DNA from: an uncultured Gemmatimonadaceae bacterium
GTDB taxonomy: Bacteria; Gemmatimonadota; Gemmatimonadetes; Gemmatimonadales; Gemmatimonadaceae
Length of the DNA: 64,000 nucleotides
NCBI GenBank assembly: GCA_963817955.1
Contig: CAWFQK010000002.1
Coordinates: forward strand, 256,001 to 320,000
Direction of reading: 5' to 3'
The notes below the pieces were generated by a model that was given only the letters and a program-made list of their open reading frames with translations, had not been told where the DNA came from and made no database searches. How positions within the stretch are numbered: position 1 is the first letter of the stretch; the number at the start of each line of letters is the position of its first letter. A program made the translations under genes and the position numbers. Shown in pieces: positions 63,099 to 64,000 of this stretch.

Positions 63099-64000
63099 AT
63101 GCGATCCCGCCGCCCGTTGGCCCTCGCGACGCTTGCGTCGCTCAGTCTCAGTCTCAGTTTCGGCATGCGCACGGCACTCGCGCAGCAAACGCGCCTGACC
63201 ATGCAACCCCGCAAGCCGTCCGGTGGATCGCTCGTACGGTTGACGATCGATCATGGCATGGGGCACGGCGACCTGGCGCGCGCCAACGGCACCATGGCCG
63301 GAGAACCCCTGCATTTTATCGCTGCCGCTGGCGGAAAGCTCCAGGCGCTCGCAGCCATTCCGTTGGATGCATCGGACTCCGTCGTCGCCAACGTAACTGT
63401 GGAGCGCGATGCCGGCGTGGTGGACACGCTGCGGATATTCCTCCGGTTCCCCCACAGGGCCGCTCCCCAAGGCACTACCGGCGGCCGCGTGGCCGGCGCG
63501 CGACGGCTGCGCGTGGACCCACAGTTCACGCGCCGCATGGACTTGGCGACCACGACACGGATAGAGGACGAGAACGAGCTCGCGCGGCAGGTGGGACGCC
63601 GCGCGCAACTGACGCCTCAGCTCTGGACGCTGCCCTTCCTTCGTCCGCGCTCGGCCCGGGTCACGAGTCGGTTCGGGAGCGGCCGGTTATTCAATGGGCG
63701 CGTGTCCAGCAGCCACCTTGGCATTGACTACCGGGGATCTGTTGGGGAGCCGATATATGCGGCGAACAGGGGAGTGGTCGCTCTCGTCGCCAGTTTCTTT
63801 CTCGCCGGCAACGTGGTCTATGTGGATCACGGCGATGGCGTGGTCACTGGCTACTTCCATATGAGCCGCCCCGAAGTCGCCGTGGGCGACACGGTACAGC
63901 GCGGCCAGGAAATAGGCCTCGTTGGTGCGACGGGACGCGTCACCGGCCCGCATCTGCACTGGAGCGCGCGGTTCGGCGCGTTGACGATCGACCCGGCGGA
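63099..64000 (+). CDS. M23 family metallopeptidase; runs off window
   Basis: Manual translation: signal peptide, TSRFG..R.FNG, HLGIDY, VDHGDG..YFHMS, GATGRVTGPHLHW. Confidence 0.93.
   Translation, partial: MRSRRPLALATLASLSLSLSFGMRTALAQQTRLTMQPRKPSGGSLVRLTIDHGMGHGDLARANGTMAGEPLHFIAAAGGKLQALAAIPLDASDSVVANVTVERDAGVVDTLRIFLRFPHRAAPQGTTGGRVAGARRLRVDPQFTRRMDLATTTRIEDENELARQVGRRAQLTPQLWTLPFLRPRSARVTSRFGSGRLFNGRVSSSHLGIDYRGSVGEPIYAANRGVVALVASFFLAGNVVYVDHGDGVVTGYFHMSRPEVAVGDTVQRGQEIGLVGATGRVTGPHLHWSARFGALTIDPA

Overview
GC-rich bacterial chromosomal window. The gene repertoire suggests Gemmatimonadota (inference, not a database result): five ADOP-type duplicated ABC permeases, carboxypeptidase-regulatory-domain outer-membrane proteins, a DUF4136 lipoprotein and a GxxExxY gene. 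1-8 kb: RND efflux operon (TolC/MFP/permease), orphan histidine kinase and small genes. 8-39 kb: accessory mosaic in which five orphan ABC permeases alternate with toxin-antitoxin modules and gene remnants. It holds HipBA, an MNT-like pair, an intact MqsR-MqsA-SecB toxin-antitoxin-chaperone (TAC) operon abutting a 5'-truncated padR, a collapsed RelE/Gp49 toxin with intact antitoxin, tRNA-Lys(TTT), a TMTC-like glycosyltransferase with an in-frame 8-bp tandem repeat, and an AAA ATPase split by an ISAzo13 element. 39-47 kb is the most unusual locus: two divergent, translationally coupled operons separated by about 1.2 kb of DNA with strict 21-bp periodicity. The left arm encodes an ECF sigma, a FecR-like anti-sigma, a CHAP paralogue lacking the catalytic Cys, a sigma region-2-only protein, a membrane protein and a pseudogene. 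The right arm encodes an uncharacterised helical protein, then a holin-like/CHAP endolysin/spanin-like cassette, with no phage structural or replication genes in the window. 47-64 kb: MgtA Mg2+ ATPase, TonB-dependent receptor, CYTH protein, an operon joining a class A beta-lactamase-like hydrolase, an M15-like peptidase and a PafA/Dop-like ligase, a GxxExxY gene inside ~110-bp inverted repeats, DUF421, a zincin-like protein and an M23 peptidase. All family calls come from motif recognition by eye; no searches were run.
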